Positions 10,052-20,582 of a stretch of DNA of 64,000 bases are shown piece by piece. Numbering within the stretch: position 1 is the stretch's first letter; every line of letters starts with the position of its first letter. The notes under the pieces were generated by a model. The model was not told the origin of the DNA. It did no database searches and saw only the letters and a list, made by a program, of their open reading frames with translations. Origin of the DNA: an uncultured Candidatus Saccharibacteria bacterium (lineage in GTDB: Bacteria; Patescibacteriota; Dojkabacteria; SC72). The position numbers and the translations under genes are program-made. The stretch covers positions 24,412-88,411 of the forward strand of contig CAZULJ010000003.1 in assembly GCA_964621195.1 (NCBI GenBank), read 5' to 3'.

Positions 10052-10354
10052 CTACTTTACTACTGCAAGAATATCTTCTGCTTCAAGAATTAGGTATTCT
10101 TTTCCATCAACCTCGATCTCTTCTGGTGAGTATTTTTTGAAATACACCTTGTCTCCAACTTTTACATCAAATTTTAATGTATTACCATCTTTATCCTTAC
10201 CAACACCCAACTTTATAACTTCTCCGAATGCGGATCTTTTATCATCCGATGCACTTGGGGGTATTACGAGTCCCCCCGGGGTTCTTTCCTGTATTTCTTC
10301 TGGTTTAACTATTACACGATGACCCAATGGCGTTATTTTTACATCACTAGACAT
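10052..10354 (-). CDS. groS: co-chaperonin GroES (Cpn10)
   Basis: 100 aa: ITPLGHRVIVKP...GGLVIP, immediately upstream of groEL. Confidence 0.95.
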   Translation of the reverse strand: MSSDVKITPLGHRVIVKPEEIQERTPGGLVIPPSASDDKRSAFGEVIKLGVGKDKDGNTLKFDVKVGDKVYFKKYSPEEIEVDGKEYLILEAEDILAVVK

Positions 10355-10376
10355 ATATTAAGAGATAAAAATTTAA

Positions 10377-10403
10377 TTAGCAAATGTTTAAAGGGACTGC
10401 TAA
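10377..10403 (-). promoter_or_regulatory. CIRCE-like HrcA operator upstream of groES
   Basis: TTAGCAAAT-N9-GACTGCTAA against the consensus TTAGCACTC-N9-GAGTGCTAA. The arms form the perfect inverted repeat TTAGCA-N15-TGCTAA. It lies 23 nt upstream of the groES start. Confidence 0.6.
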
Positions 10404-10430
10404 AGATTTTAGCCTTAGGAGATTTAAATG

Positions 10431-11039
10431 TCAATATCTAGAACCTTTTATCACCATAGAATCTTCTAGAAGTTCAATATTCTCAAAATATCTTCCCGAG
10501 AATCCATTCTCATTCACTGTAAGTAGAGAATTTGCAATGCCAAGATTAATACTTTCCAATATATTGAAGTATTCTCCAACCGAATATGGACCAATGGAAA
10601 GGGAGGTAAGATATAACTGGGCTGTTTCTAAATTGTCCTTGTTGATACCAAGTGAGAGCCATACAGAATATTTCGAGTACATAGCTTCAATATATACAAC
10701 CCATTTACCTTTGCTTGGTTCAATATACACCCTACTTATACTCAGATCGTTGTTAAGATATCCATTTGCTATTGATATGACTACCATTCCAACATCCTTT
10801 GGAGAGAGCGATATCGTTTCGGTATTATCTTGAGATAGGGTAAAAGAGGAGAACTTTTCCTGTATCAAAGAAAAAATATCTTCATCGGAGGAAGAGATAT
10901 TTTGTTCTACAAGAGAACTTTCAAAACTCTTTTCCCAATCCATATACCTGCTAACTAAAACAAAAACGACAAGAACAAGTGAGAGAAGAAAAATTAATAG
11001 TGTTAGGAAAATCTTTAAGAGTATTTTTCGCACATTCAT
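10431..11039 (-). CDS. hypothetical membrane-anchored protein (N-terminal TM, no recognised domain)
   Basis: 202 aa with an N-terminal hydrophobic helix LLKIFLTLLIFLLSLVLVVFVLV. The rest did not match any family I recognise. Confidence 0.45.
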   Translation of the reverse strand: MNVRKILLKIFLTLLIFLLSLVLVVFVLVSRYMDWEKSFESSLVEQNISSSDEDIFSLIQEKFSSFTLSQDNTETISLSPKDVGMVVISIANGYLNNDLSISRVYIEPSKGKWVVYIEAMYSKYSVWLSLGINKDNLETAQLYLTSLSIGPYSVGEYFNILESINLGIANSLLTVNENGFSGRYFENIELLEDSMVIKGSRY

Positions 11040-12809
11040 CTACTTTAAGTTAGTACCATTTACAAATCTTTTCTGAAAACCTCTAATTAATTTCTCTACC
11101 TGAGCAAACTCTTGAGGAGAAAAGATTTTTGAACCAATTAAGTATGAAATACCACCATAGATAGATACAACAACCGTAAGAACAATTATATATATTGTTC
11201 TAGTAGTATCTAACTGGAAATCGAAGAGTCTAAATACAAAATACATTCCAGACATCATAATGAGGGTATTAAGAAGCTTAAGAAGTGTTGGATAGAAGGT
11301 CTCTTTCCAAGATACCACCTGCCTATTTCTGTTCAGAAGATATACCGAAAGAATCATTTGTACAAAGTAGGAAAGACTTAGACTAAAAGCTAAACCACCG
11401 ACTGCCAAACTAGAATCTCCCCTTGTAGTCATCCACTTGAGGATATCTCCTAGGAAAGATCTTAGTACTGAAAGTACTCCCTCTCCATTTGCACTTGCTA
11501 CCTGTACCCAGACCTGCTCTAAGATTGGTCTCCAGTCATAGTAATGGCTAAAAAAATTTGTAAAGAGATATGCCCCTAAAAGATTTAGAACAATACCTAC
11601 AGTAATAGCAATGAGGGGTCTCCATGTATCTTTCATTGCATAGAAGGCTCTTAGAACAATCTGTACAAATGTTTGACCGATAATGGATATGGATAACAGA
11701 GCGAGTGTCCAAGCTGTTAAAAGCGTATCCTGCCAGTCGAATGCACCAGTACCGTAGATTAAACGGACTATTGGTAGCCTGAGGACAAGCATTACCGCAA
11801 CGATAGGCAAAACAAGATATAGAGAGAGCTGAATTGCATCATTAAATGCCTTCTTAAACATTCCGTTTTCATTCTTGCAGCAGTATTGGGCAAAATCAGG
11901 TAAGGCTACTTGAGCAACTGCACTTCCAATTATATTTATAGGAAATAGATGAAGGCTGTATGCAAACCTATATGCACTCAAAGTACCTGCTGTAAGTGTA
12001 AAACTAATAAAGGTATTAACAATGGTATTGAATTGCTCCCCTAATACACCAAGCATTCTAGGAGCAGCTAATTTAAAAGCTTTTAAAACATATGGCCCAT
12101 CAAATATCTCTTTAATTGGAAGATTCTTTGCTCCATCTTCTTTGTAATATTTGAGTAATAGCGGGACCTGTACTCCTAGATGTACAAAGGATCCTAAAAC
12201 CGCAGATATTGCTATCGCTTCTACTCCTAAATCAAGATAGGTAACGAAAAGATATGTACCAACAATCATTACGAGATTGTAAAAAAGTGGAGCAAGGGAG
12301 GTCACAAAGAATTGTTTTCTTACTTGTAGATATGCAGTAACAAATCCACTAATACTTAAGAAGAGAGGAGAGAGGATTCCAATTCTAAATAGCTTAATAA
12401 ATAGGTCGTAGTCTGTTTCTAGTATTCTATATGACATATTGAATACCGAACCTGCATAGTCATTTGTAACAACCCAATTTGTAATTGGTACAGCAAAGAT
12501 TAAAAGTAATAGAAGAACTACAAATGAGATACCGAAAAATATAAGTGTGAGTTGTTGGAACAATCTGTTAAAACTATCTTTACCTTTGTCATAAAGGACA
12601 TCGGACAGAATAGGTATGATTGCTGCATTTATAGAACCTGCAACTAAGACCATGAATATGATATCTGGAATTGTAAATGATGCCCAAAAGATATCTAATT
12701 CGTGGGATGCTCCAAAAAGTTGTGCAAAAATTCTTAGCTTCCAAAAGCCTAAAATCTTGGTAAAGAGGAGTATTAGCATAACTGTAAACACGCTGTTCTT
12801 TTTTATCAC
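11040..12809 (-). CDS. murJ: lipid II flippase MurJ (MviN family)
   Basis: 589 aa polytopic protein. The N-terminus LGFWKLRIFAQLFGASHELDIFWASFTIPD matches the MurJ signature (LGF.R....A..FGAS...DAF). Confidence 0.8.
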   Translation of the reverse strand: MIKKNSVFTVMLILLFTKILGFWKLRIFAQLFGASHELDIFWASFTIPDIIFMVLVAGSINAAIIPILSDVLYDKGKDSFNRLFQQLTLIFFGISFVVLLLLLIFAVPITNWVVTNDYAGSVFNMSYRILETDYDLFIKLFRIGILSPLFLSISGFVTAYLQVRKQFFVTSLAPLFYNLVMIVGTYLFVTYLDLGVEAIAISAVLGSFVHLGVQVPLLLKYYKEDGAKNLPIKEIFDGPYVLKAFKLAAPRMLGVLGEQFNTIVNTFISFTLTAGTLSAYRFAYSLHLFPINIIGSAVAQVALPDFAQYCCKNENGMFKKAFNDAIQLSLYLVLPIVAVMLVLRLPIVRLIYGTGAFDWQDTLLTAWTLALLSISIIGQTFVQIVLRAFYAMKDTWRPLIAITVGIVLNLLGAYLFTNFFSHYYDWRPILEQVWVQVASANGEGVLSVLRSFLGDILKWMTTRGDSSLAVGGLAFSLSLSYFVQMILSVYLLNRNRQVVSWKETFYPTLLKLLNTLIMMSGMYFVFRLFDFQLDTTRTIYIIVLTVVVSIYGGISYLIGSKIFSPQEFAQVEKLIRGFQKRFVNGTNLK

Positions 12810-12906
12810 AATTCTCTTTAGTCAATATCTAATTAGCGAGTAATATCATAATGGAAATAAATGTATTTATCAAATCTTTTTAATCTTCCCCCACTATACT
12901 TAAGAT

Positions 12907-13419
12907 ATGTCGCTTCTAGATATCATCTTACCAAAAGAGTGTATATTCTGCAGTAAAGTAGGAGAGCATATATGTGAGAAATGTCTTCGTAATATTCCAA
13001 AGTCTTTACCTAGATGTTTTCAATGTGGAAAAATATCTAAAGATGGGAGATCACATTCTAGTTGTGACTCATTTAAATATGATATTCGATATATAAAAGG
13101 CTGGGATTTAGAAATGAAAGAGACTTTTGGGAATCGGAAAAGTATCGGATTCTTCTCTCCATACTCAGAGATGCTTTCAAATATATTGAAGAGGTATAAC
13201 CTGAGTGAAGAGAAACTAGGGAAGATTTCTTTACCGATAAAGACAGATTCAAGGATTGATAACGAACTAAACAAGTACCTAGCAAAAGCCTTACATGGAA
13301 AGAATGAGAATTCTGTATCCTTTGTAGGGGAAACTATTCCGAACAATAACTATATCTTGGAACAGATAGAAAAAGAAAGAATTAAATACAAGAGTATCTT
13401 AGTAATTAGTATATTCTAA
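12907..13419 (+). CDS. ComF-like double zinc-ribbon protein, apparently truncated (no PRTase motifs)
   Basis: 170 aa. The N-terminal CIFC...CEKC...CFQCG...SCDS resembles the ComFC N-terminal zinc ribbons. The C-terminus lacks the PRPP-binding motif and ends overlapping the convergent gene. Confidence 0.4.
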   Translation: MSLLDIILPKECIFCSKVGEHICEKCLRNIPKSLPRCFQCGKISKDGRSHSSCDSFKYDIRYIKGWDLEMKETFGNRKSIGFFSPYSEMLSNILKRYNLSEEKLGKISLPIKTDSRIDNELNKYLAKALHGKNENSVSFVGETIPNNNYILEQIEKERIKYKSILVISIF

Positions 13420-15728
13420 TCTTGCTCCAATGGTTGAATATCTTCCGTTACTGGTTCTTCTACTTTTCCTTCGGAACTTTCAGTATCTTCGGCCTCACCT
13501 TCCGCTGACCCAAGATCTTCCAAGCTCTTTATCACGCTCTCATAAATTGGATCCTCTTCTAGCTTGTTAACTTCAAGGATTTTCTTTGCAGCCTCAAGGT
13601 ATGAGATTGCATTCTTTGTTTCACCCTTCTCGTTCAAGATTCCTGCAGAAAGTACAAGAGATGGAACATGTTGACCATTAATACCCAAAGCTGCACCGAA
13701 AGCAGACAAGGCTTTATCATAGTCCTCTTTAATCATATATATCTGCCCAGCAAGATAGTAAGACTCAAAGTCTAAGGGATTAAGATTTATAGAATTTTGT
13801 AGTGCAAATAGGGCATCCTCGCTATAATCGGAAAGACCTATCCTTAAGAATCCGGTATACACGGAAGCTCTGACATACCAGTTTGGATATGTATATGGGG
13901 AGGTATTAATAGCTTCCCTTGAAAGATCTATTGCTACATTCTTCCAATTTGAGATTTCTGCCAAGATAGAGGCCTTCTCCTCTTCAGAAGCATTCTTATA
14001 CCTTTCACTTAGTACCGTCATTATATCCAAAGCTGTAGCTGCTGCCTTTCTGTTTGCAATAGGGCTAGAAGAATCATAGCTCAAAGCTTTGTAGTAATAT
14101 GAGAGAAGACTATTGAAGTAATCTTCTCTTTGATCAAGGGTAATCTCCTCCTCTGATTCTCCATATTTTCTGTTTTCTTCAATCCTAAAGGCCTCAGCCC
14201 TTGCACTATACATAACCGCTAGAGTTCTAGAACCAAGAGTCATCAATCCAACGAATACAACTAAGATCATAATTCCAGTAAGAAACCAGTTCACACTATT
14301 TATCGTCTTATTTACATCTTGAGATATACCTCCTACATTCACAGCCCAAAACTTTAGTATAAATTGTTCCTCATTTCTGTAGATATTGCTTCTCATTAAT
14401 ACCACTAGTAGTAAAAGTACAAAAAGAACAAAGTAAAGTAGGAAAGAATAGGATACAAAGAATGAACCCATGTAGATTAATATTGTAGAAACTTCCAACA
14501 AAAGAAGAAGTATTCCATCTTCAGACTTTGATGTAGAAGAAAGATCCGTGATAAATATCTTAAGTAAGGCTAAGCCTACTAACAACCAAACGACAACACC
14601 TACTATCCCCCTATTTGCTAATGTAGTGAAAACCTCACTTGAGGCAGTTGCAAAACTTGCACTTCCGAGAGATATTACTGATGCAACCGAAGGCTTAAAT
14701 TGATTGTATGCAATAGAGAAAGAGTCATTTCCCATACCTACAAGTCCTCTAAAAAGATCGTTAACAATAACTCCACTTGAAACATTCCAAGAGATATCAG
14801 ATGCCAGATTTATAGGCGTAACAACCTCGAATGTCTCCCCGACTAGTGCTTTTTTAAAGGAATCATACTGTAGACCAATAGAAAACACTAAAGTTATTAC
14901 CGATAGTACTCCGAGAATAATTGGTAGGAATTTAAGATTTTTTTCTAACTTCACAAAGAGAAGCAAAGAGGTGAATATAATTGAAATAGTAACCACTACT
15001 GGTATTATTATCCCCTGCATCATTGAAAATATTGCGGTTGTAATAAATCCTAGAGCTATTCCTAAGAATGGTAATAGGACTCTTTGATATCTCTTCTCTT
15101 TTAGATATGAAACCACCAAAACTATTCCTACAAAGATAAGGACCCCAGCAAGAATAAGTAATTCCTTAGAATAGAATGTTAGTGGTAACCCTGGTAAGAA
15201 GAATTCCTTTATGTATGGAATCCAACCCCAAATATTGATTTTAAATGTCGTGAGAAAACTTAATACCACAAGGGTAGAGATTCCCAGCAGAAGAGCTTCT
15301 AAAGATCTAAGGATGTACTCCTTCTTTGCAAGGAAGCCCCTCGCAAGAAAAAATATCAGTATCAAAACAGATATAGATAGTAGACCAGTACTCAGTCTTC
15401 CATCAAAACCCCAAAGTGAAGTCCATTGATCAACTGCAAATATTGATGAGACAATAAATGTACCGAGTAAGATAAAGACGATTTTGTCTAATGATGATCT
15501 CAATATTGTAATCTTTCCATCCCATATCCACTTTATTAATTCCAAAAGTATTAGAAGGAGAGAGAAAGCAAGAAATATAATAACCTTTATATTCTCAGTA
15601 GCATCCCATGGTAGTGGTATTACAAACCAAGGGGTAATAAACAGCATCAGATACATTAATATCCTTTGGAAAAAAGATAAATCCATACCATCGGTAGTAG
15701 TACTCATCTTGGTATTGTTATTCAACAT
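13416..15728 (-). CDS. polytopic membrane protein with an O-antigen-ligase-like core and C-terminal TPR repeats
   Basis: 770 aa. About 12 TM helices, then TPR-like repeats (YYLAGQIYMIKEDYDKALSAFGAALGIN), then an acidic tail. This architecture is common in CPR genomes. Confidence 0.55.
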   Translation of the reverse strand: MLNNNTKMSTTTDGMDLSFFQRILMYLMLFITPWFVIPLPWDATENIKVIIFLAFSLLLILLELIKWIWDGKITILRSSLDKIVFILLGTFIVSSIFAVDQWTSLWGFDGRLSTGLLSISVLILIFFLARGFLAKKEYILRSLEALLLGISTLVVLSFLTTFKINIWGWIPYIKEFFLPGLPLTFYSKELLILAGVLIFVGIVLVVSYLKEKRYQRVLLPFLGIALGFITTAIFSMMQGIIIPVVVTISIIFTSLLLFVKLEKNLKFLPIILGVLSVITLVFSIGLQYDSFKKALVGETFEVVTPINLASDISWNVSSGVIVNDLFRGLVGMGNDSFSIAYNQFKPSVASVISLGSASFATASSEVFTTLANRGIVGVVVWLLVGLALLKIFITDLSSTSKSEDGILLLLLEVSTILIYMGSFFVSYSFLLYFVLFVLLLLVVLMRSNIYRNEEQFILKFWAVNVGGISQDVNKTINSVNWFLTGIMILVVFVGLMTLGSRTLAVMYSARAEAFRIEENRKYGESEEEITLDQREDYFNSLLSYYYKALSYDSSSPIANRKAAATALDIMTVLSERYKNASEEEKASILAEISNWKNVAIDLSREAINTSPYTYPNWYVRASVYTGFLRIGLSDYSEDALFALQNSINLNPLDFESYYLAGQIYMIKEDYDKALSAFGAALGINGQHVPSLVLSAGILNEKGETKNAISYLEAAKKILEVNKLEEDPIYESVIKSLEDLGSAEGEAEDTESSEGKVEEPVTEDIQPLEQD

Positions 15729-15773
15729 ATTTAGTTAGGGCAGAAAAGATTTATTTAGTTGTAACAATCTTAG

Positions 15774-15806
15774 CAAAAAGAGGAAGGGAGGCCAAGCCTC
15801 CCTTCT
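15774..15806 (-). terminator. rho-independent terminator after dnaK
   Basis: On the minus strand: GAAGGGAGGCttgGCCTCCCTTC followed by CTCTTTTT. Confidence 0.65.
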
Positions 15807-15817
15807 TATCAGTAGCT

Positions 15818-17698
15818 TTACTCTACTACTTCACCTTCTTTTACCACTTCTTTATCTTCTTCTTTTTTTTCTTCACCCTTTGTTTTAGATGCCTGCTCAT
15901 ACATCTTCTTACTTACTTCTTGCATCTTCTTAGTAAGCTTTGTTACCTCTTCCTCAAGTTTCTCCTCATCGAAATCTTCCTTTGCAATAATCTCTTTTAC
16001 TTCTTTTACCCCTTCCTCAAGACCCTTCTTTTCACTTTCCTCTATTTTATCTCCATTCTCTTCAAGAAGTTTTTCTATATTGAAACATAGGGAATCAGCA
16101 TTGTTTCTCTTCTCGGCCCTCTGTCTCTTCTTCTTATCCTCTTCTGCATACTTTGCAGCCTCTTCTACCATCTTTTCTATTTCTTCATCTTTCAATCCAG
16201 TAGAAGCTGTTATGGTTATCTTCTGCTCCTTGTTTGTTGCAAGATCTTTTGCATTCACATTCAAGATTCCATTGGCATCAATTGCAAAAGTGACCTCTAT
16301 CTGAGGAACTCCTCTTGGTGCTGGTGGGATACCATCAAGAATAAATCTTCCAAGAGTTTTGTTGTCAGATGCCATTTCTCTTTCACCTTGTAGAATATGT
16401 ATTTCAACCCCTGGCTGGTTATCAGCCGCAGTACTAAATATCTGTTTCTTTTCTACAGGGATAGTTGTATTTCTTTCAATAAGTTTGGTCATTACTCCTC
16501 CAAGAGTTTCTAATCCGAGAGATAACGGTGTTACATCTAACAACGTAATATCTTTTACGTCACCTCCCAATACTCCTCCTTGAACTGCAGCACCTATCGC
16601 TACAACCTCATCAGGGTTTACACTCTTGTTTGGTTCTTTACCAAAAATCTCCTTAACCTTCTTAATAACTGCAGGCATTCTAGTCATACCTCCTACTAGT
16701 AATACTTGGTCTACATCCTCTAAATCTAAATCTGCATCTTTCAATGCCTTCTTACAAGGTTCAACAGTTTTCTCTATCAAGTCCGCAGTTAATTTCTCAA
16801 GATCAGATCTAGTCATAGAGACCTTTAGATGCTTTGGACCACTTGATGTAGCAGTGATATACGGGATATTTATCTCCGTCTCTTCTGAGGTTGAGAGCTC
16901 AATCTTTGCTTTCTCTGCAGCTTCCTTAAGCCTTTGTAGTGCAGTTCTATCTTCTTTTAGGTCCACACCTTCTTTATCCTTAAAATCTCGAACTAGCTTA
17001 TCAATTATCGCCTGATCAAAGTCATCTCCCCCTAAGTGAGTGTCACCGTTTGTAGAAAGGACTTCAAAGACTCCATCACCGATCTCTAGTATTGAGATAT
17101 CAAAAGTACCTCCACCTAAGTCAAAGATTGCAATTTTCTCATCCTTGTTTTTATCTAAACCGTAGGCTAAAGCTGCGGCTGTAGGCTCATTTACAATCCT
17201 TTTAACCTCCAAACCTGCAATCTTACCCGCATCTTTTGTCGCTTGCCTTTGAGAGTCATCAAAGTAAGCAGGAACTGTAATTACAGCCTCTGTAACCTTT
17301 TCCCCCAAGAATTCCTCGGCATCTTTTTTCATCTTTGCAAGGATCTTTGCAGAAATCTCTTGAGGTGTGTACCACTTGTCTCCCATTTTAACCTCAATAC
17401 CATCACTTTTGGACTTTCTCATTTCAAAAGGAAGAAGTTCCTTGTCCTTTTTAACCTCAGGATCGTCCCAAGACCTTCCTATTAATCTCTTTACTGAGTA
17501 AACTGTCCCTTCGGGATTTGTTACTGCCTGATTCTTCGCAGGAGCACCGACTAGTATCTCACCCTTTTCATCAACAGCAACAATAGATGGTGTCAGTCTA
17601 CCTCCCTGGATATTTGGAATGATATTTGGTTTGCCGCCAGACATATATGCCATTGCACTGTTTGTGGTTCCTAGGTCTATTCCTATTATTTTTCCCAT
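15818..17698 (-). CDS. dnaK: molecular chaperone DnaK (Hsp70)
   Basis: 626 aa: [19 protein letters not shown]..., [16 protein letters not shown]-like acidic C-terminus. Confidence 0.97.
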   Translation of the reverse strand: MGKIIGIDLGTTNSAMAYMSGGKPNIIPNIQGGRLTPSIVAVDEKGEILVGAPAKNQAVTNPEGTVYSVKRLIGRSWDDPEVKKDKELLPFEMRKSKSDGIEVKMGDKWYTPQEISAKILAKMKKDAEEFLGEKVTEAVITVPAYFDDSQRQATKDAGKIAGLEVKRIVNEPTAAALAYGLDKNKDEKIAIFDLGGGTFDISILEIGDGVFEVLSTNGDTHLGGDDFDQAIIDKLVRDFKDKEGVDLKEDRTALQRLKEAAEKAKIELSTSEETEINIPYITATSSGPKHLKVSMTRSDLEKLTADLIEKTVEPCKKALKDADLDLEDVDQVLLVGGMTRMPAVIKKVKEIFGKEPNKSVNPDEVVAIGAAVQGGVLGGDVKDITLLDVTPLSLGLETLGGVMTKLIERNTTIPVEKKQIFSTAADNQPGVEIHILQGEREMASDNKTLGRFILDGIPPAPRGVPQIEVTFAIDANGILNVNAKDLATNKEQKITITASTGLKDEEIEKMVEEAAKYAEEDKKKRQRAEKRNNADSLCFNIEKLLEENGDKIEESEKKGLEEGVKEVKEIIAKEDFDEEKLEEEVTKLTKKMQEVSKKMYEQASKTKGEEKKEEDKEVVKEGEVVE

Positions 17699-17716
17699 AG
17701 ATATATTTTTTAAAAA

Positions 17717-18295
17717 TTATTTATTTTTTTTGATACTCTTAGTTACAACAACTCTTGATGGTCGGATTACAACATCATCGAGTATATAACCAGGTTGTAT
17801 GCAATCAAAAACAATTCCGGCTGAATCATTTTCGACTACAGCCAAGGCCTCATGAATAGTAGGATCAAATTTCTCCCCCTTAGATGGTACAAACTTTCTA
17901 AGACCTAACCCTTCTAGACTTCTTTCAATCTTACTCAGTAATTCTTTTACACCGTTGGACCAAGATTCTCCCTTCTCATCAAATGTAAGCTCTTCCTTTG
18001 CCTTCACTGCCATATACATATCATCTACAATGGGTATAAGTTTTTCTGCTAATGATTTTCTGGATTGTAAATAGAGAAGGTTTAAACGTTTCTGAGTATT
18101 AGCTTCAAGATTCTGATAATCGGCTAATGCTCTTTTCAAGCTATTTGTAATCTCTAATTTTTCATCCTCTACCTTATCAATTACAGATGCTAGCTCCCCA
18201 ATTTGGGCCTCTAGCTTAGCAATCTCACCTTGCAACTGCTTAACCTCTTCGCTATTTTTATTTATCACACCCTGTGTGTCTACATTCTTTTTCAT
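17717..18295 (-). CDS. grpE: nucleotide exchange factor GrpE
   Basis: 192 aa. Coiled-coil N-terminus and the C-terminal GrpE fold (GYILDDVVIRPSRVVV). Confidence 0.88.
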   Translation of the reverse strand: MKKNVDTQGVINKNSEEVKQLQGEIAKLEAQIGELASVIDKVEDEKLEITNSLKRALADYQNLEANTQKRLNLLYLQSRKSLAEKLIPIVDDMYMAVKAKEELTFDEKGESWSNGVKELLSKIERSLEGLGLRKFVPSKGEKFDPTIHEALAVVENDSAGIVFDCIQPGYILDDVVIRPSRVVVTKSIKKNK

Positions 18296-18312
18296 AGATA
18301 TTGATAAAAATA

Positions 18313-19041
18313 TTAACTCCAGCCTTTCATCGCATTACGCATCGAACTTTGTACTTCACGTAAAGCAGGAACACACCTTGCATAATCCATACGCTTAGAA
18401 CCCAAAACTCCAATATGAGCATCATTAGTATCCCAGAAAGGAAGGTTTGTAAATATCATAGAACAACCTTCCAGATCCTTAATACCAGACTCCTCACCAA
18501 TGAGGAGGGAGACTCCAGAGCCACTATATCTTCTCATCATGTTTACAAGGAAGTCCTTGTCCTCAAGGATATTTACTATTCTCATAATTTTTTCCCAATC
18601 TCTTAGCTCTTCATACTTAAAGATATTCGAGAGACCCCAGTATCTAGAGATCCCATCGATTACAACAAATACTATAGAGTCCGTTTCTTCAGAGAGAATC
18701 GTAAGAATTGAGTTCAAAACAGAATCCTTTGAGAATCTATCTCTAAATATCCCCTGCCTTATCTCTACAGTAATTAAAGGATTTAAAGAGCTACTGTTTA
18801 ATACGCTGCTAACATACATTCTTAAGGCTTGATCTGTAGGAAAACGCCCAGAAGAGATATGACTTTTCTCTAAAAGACCGAGATCCATTAACTTTGCCAT
18901 CTCATTCCTAATTGTTGCGGGACTAACTCCAAGGTTATGCCTTTCAACAAGTGAAAGAGAACCTACTTCCTCGGCATTCTGCATAAATTCCTCAATAATG
19001 GCCATTAGAATCCTCTCCTGCCTCTCTGTAATACTTTGCAT
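18313..19041 (-). CDS. hrcA: heat-inducible transcription repressor HrcA
   Basis: 242 aa. N-terminal winged helix ERQERILMAIIEEF...GVSPATIRNEMAKL, the first gene of hrcA-grpE-dnaK. The start may be the internal Met 36 nt downstream, because the CIRCE abuts the annotated ATG. Confidence 0.85.
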   Translation of the reverse strand: MQSITERQERILMAIIEEFMQNAEEVGSLSLVERHNLGVSPATIRNEMAKLMDLGLLEKSHISSGRFPTDQALRMYVSSVLNSSSLNPLITVEIRQGIFRDRFSKDSVLNSILTILSEETDSIVFVVIDGISRYWGLSNIFKYEELRDWEKIMRIVNILEDKDFLVNMMRRYSGSGVSLLIGEESGIKDLEGCSMIFTNLPFWDTNDAHIGVLGSKRMDYARCVPALREVQSSMRNAMKGWS

Positions 19042-19042
19042 A

Positions 19043-19069
19043 TTAGCACTCCCTAAGATTACCTGCTAA
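19043..19069 (-). promoter_or_regulatory. CIRCE-like HrcA operator at the hrcA start
   Basis: TTAGCACTC-N9-ACCTGCTAA. The left arm is perfect and the right arm matches 6/9, giving the inverted repeat TTAGCA-N15-TGCTAA. Confidence 0.6.
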
Positions 19070-19160
19070 AGTATATTGTCTAGAGAGTCATCCGTCAAGA
19101 GATATTTGCAAAAATAGTAACTAAGATTTAATATGTAGAGACAATATAAACAATTTTAAT

Positions 19161-19373
19161 ATGAAAAAGATACAGGTCGGTCCCCCACTCTCTACCACAA
19201 ATCAATCAGAAATATCACATATATTCTCTCTACTCTCCGTGATCTTCTTTGGTATAATGTCCGGATATGCAGCTATTACCTCCCAAGAGTTAGAGATATC
19301 AATTGCAACAGGCCTCTTCTCCCTTTTTATGTTTCTCATGTCAGCTCTTCTAATATCTCAAAGAAGTAAATAA
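19161..19373 (+). CDS. small two-TM membrane protein (hypothetical)
   Basis: 70 aa with two hydrophobic stretches. Weak support. Confidence 0.3.
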   Translation: MKKIQVGPPLSTTNQSEISHIFSLLSVIFFGIMSGYAAITSQELEISIATGLFSLFMFLMSALLISQRSK

Positions 19374-19570
19374 AAACAGAATGCACTGTATATTGATGAT
19401 GTGGGTTTTACATTTAAAGATGGAGGGCAGAATATATTGTGGGGAGATATAGAAGAGATGTCACTAACATTTGTTGTAAAGAAAGAGATAAATGATACAT
19501 TTACGGGATATCCATTTCTTTTTCTTAAATTAAAGAGAATGGTTATTCTCATAATGATAAGATTACAAAG

Positions 19571-19825
19571 GTGGGTAAAATGGACATACCATATATAGTT
19601 AGTGAGGCCTACTTTAAGAAGTATATGGGTAAGACCAAAGATTTTACAGTTGCAATAAACATAGAAAATGCAACAGAAGATGGTTCAAAGATAATCATGG
19701 AACAATTACCAATAAAAGTATCAAAAGTGAGACCTTTGATAGAGGTAGAAACTAAGGATGAGTACAACAGAAAGATACGTGAATTTGTAAGTCCTGAGAT
19801 GCAAGGAGATTACATTTTAGAGTAG
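19571..19825 (+). CDS. hypothetical small protein
   Basis: 84 aa with balanced composition, upstream of the L25 gene. No family recognised. Confidence 0.3.
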   Translation: MGKMDIPYIVSEAYFKKYMGKTKDFTVAINIENATEDGSKIIMEQLPIKVSKVRPLIEVETKDEYNRKIREFVSPEMQGDYILE

Positions 19826-19872
19826 TAATTCAATTGCAAAAAGGTAGTAACTCTGCTATACTTTCACTCGCT

Positions 19873-20511
19873 ATGGAAAAATTAAAACTACAACAAAGAG
19901 AGACTACAGGAAAGAAAGTTAAGGCTTTAAGAAAGAGTGGCCACATACCTGCAGTCATATATAATTCAAAAACAGAGTCTTACAATTCTTCAATAGAGAA
20001 ATCTAAAGCAGAATGGCTATACAGAAATGCTACATCTACAACAATTTTAGATGCAGAGTTCGAAGGAAGAGAATTTAAGTGCTTGGTAAAGGAGTTTAAT
20101 CTTAATTCTGTTACTGGAGAGATTAATCATATATCTCTTTTTGAAATAGATGAGAATGCTCCAATGATCTTTACAATTCCATTTAAGATTGTTGGTATTT
20201 CTCCAGCAGTTAAAAACAACTTAGGTATTTTGGTAAATGCACTTGATAGTATTGATGTCAGATGTCAGCTTAACAAGCTCCAATCTGAGATTGAAATTGA
20301 TGTATCTGGATTAACAGCACCTGGACAAACAATTACCGTAGAAGATATTCAATTACCAGAGGGTATGACATTGATAAATGATGATATCAAGACCGCAGCT
20401 ATCGCAACGATTACAGAAGCACAAAAGGTTGAAGAAATTGCAACCGCTGAAACTACAGAAGAGGGAGAAACTACAGAGGAAACTACTGAAACAGAGGAAG
20501 CTTCTGAGTAA
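19873..20511 (+). CDS. rplY: 50S ribosomal protein L25 (Ctc form) with an acidic C-terminal tail
   Basis: MEKLKLQQRETTGKKVKALRKSGHIPAVIYN.... The longest ORF starts at 19834. The acidic tail reads ETTEEGETTEETTETEEASE. Confidence 0.8.
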   Translation: MEKLKLQQRETTGKKVKALRKSGHIPAVIYNSKTESYNSSIEKSKAEWLYRNATSTTILDAEFEGREFKCLVKEFNLNSVTGEINHISLFEIDENAPMIFTIPFKIVGISPAVKNNLGILVNALDSIDVRCQLNKLQSEIEIDVSGLTAPGQTITVEDIQLPEGMTLINDDIKTAAIATITEAQKVEEIATAETTEEGETTEETTETEEASE

Positions 20512-20530
20512 AAAACTTTTTGATTATGAG

Positions 20531-20557
20531 AAAGGAGGCGTTGCCTCCTTTTTTTTT
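20531..20557 (+). terminator. rho-independent terminator after rplY
   Basis: AGGAGGCgttGCCTCCT followed by a T9 run. Confidence 0.7.
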
Positions 20558-20582
20558 ACAAGATTAGTGGATATAATCAGAC

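Noticed and set aside
19401-19598. 65-aa ORF between hrcA and rplY
   Set aside because: It is hydrophobic and low-complexity, has no start context, and is out of frame with its neighbours. Probably non-coding.
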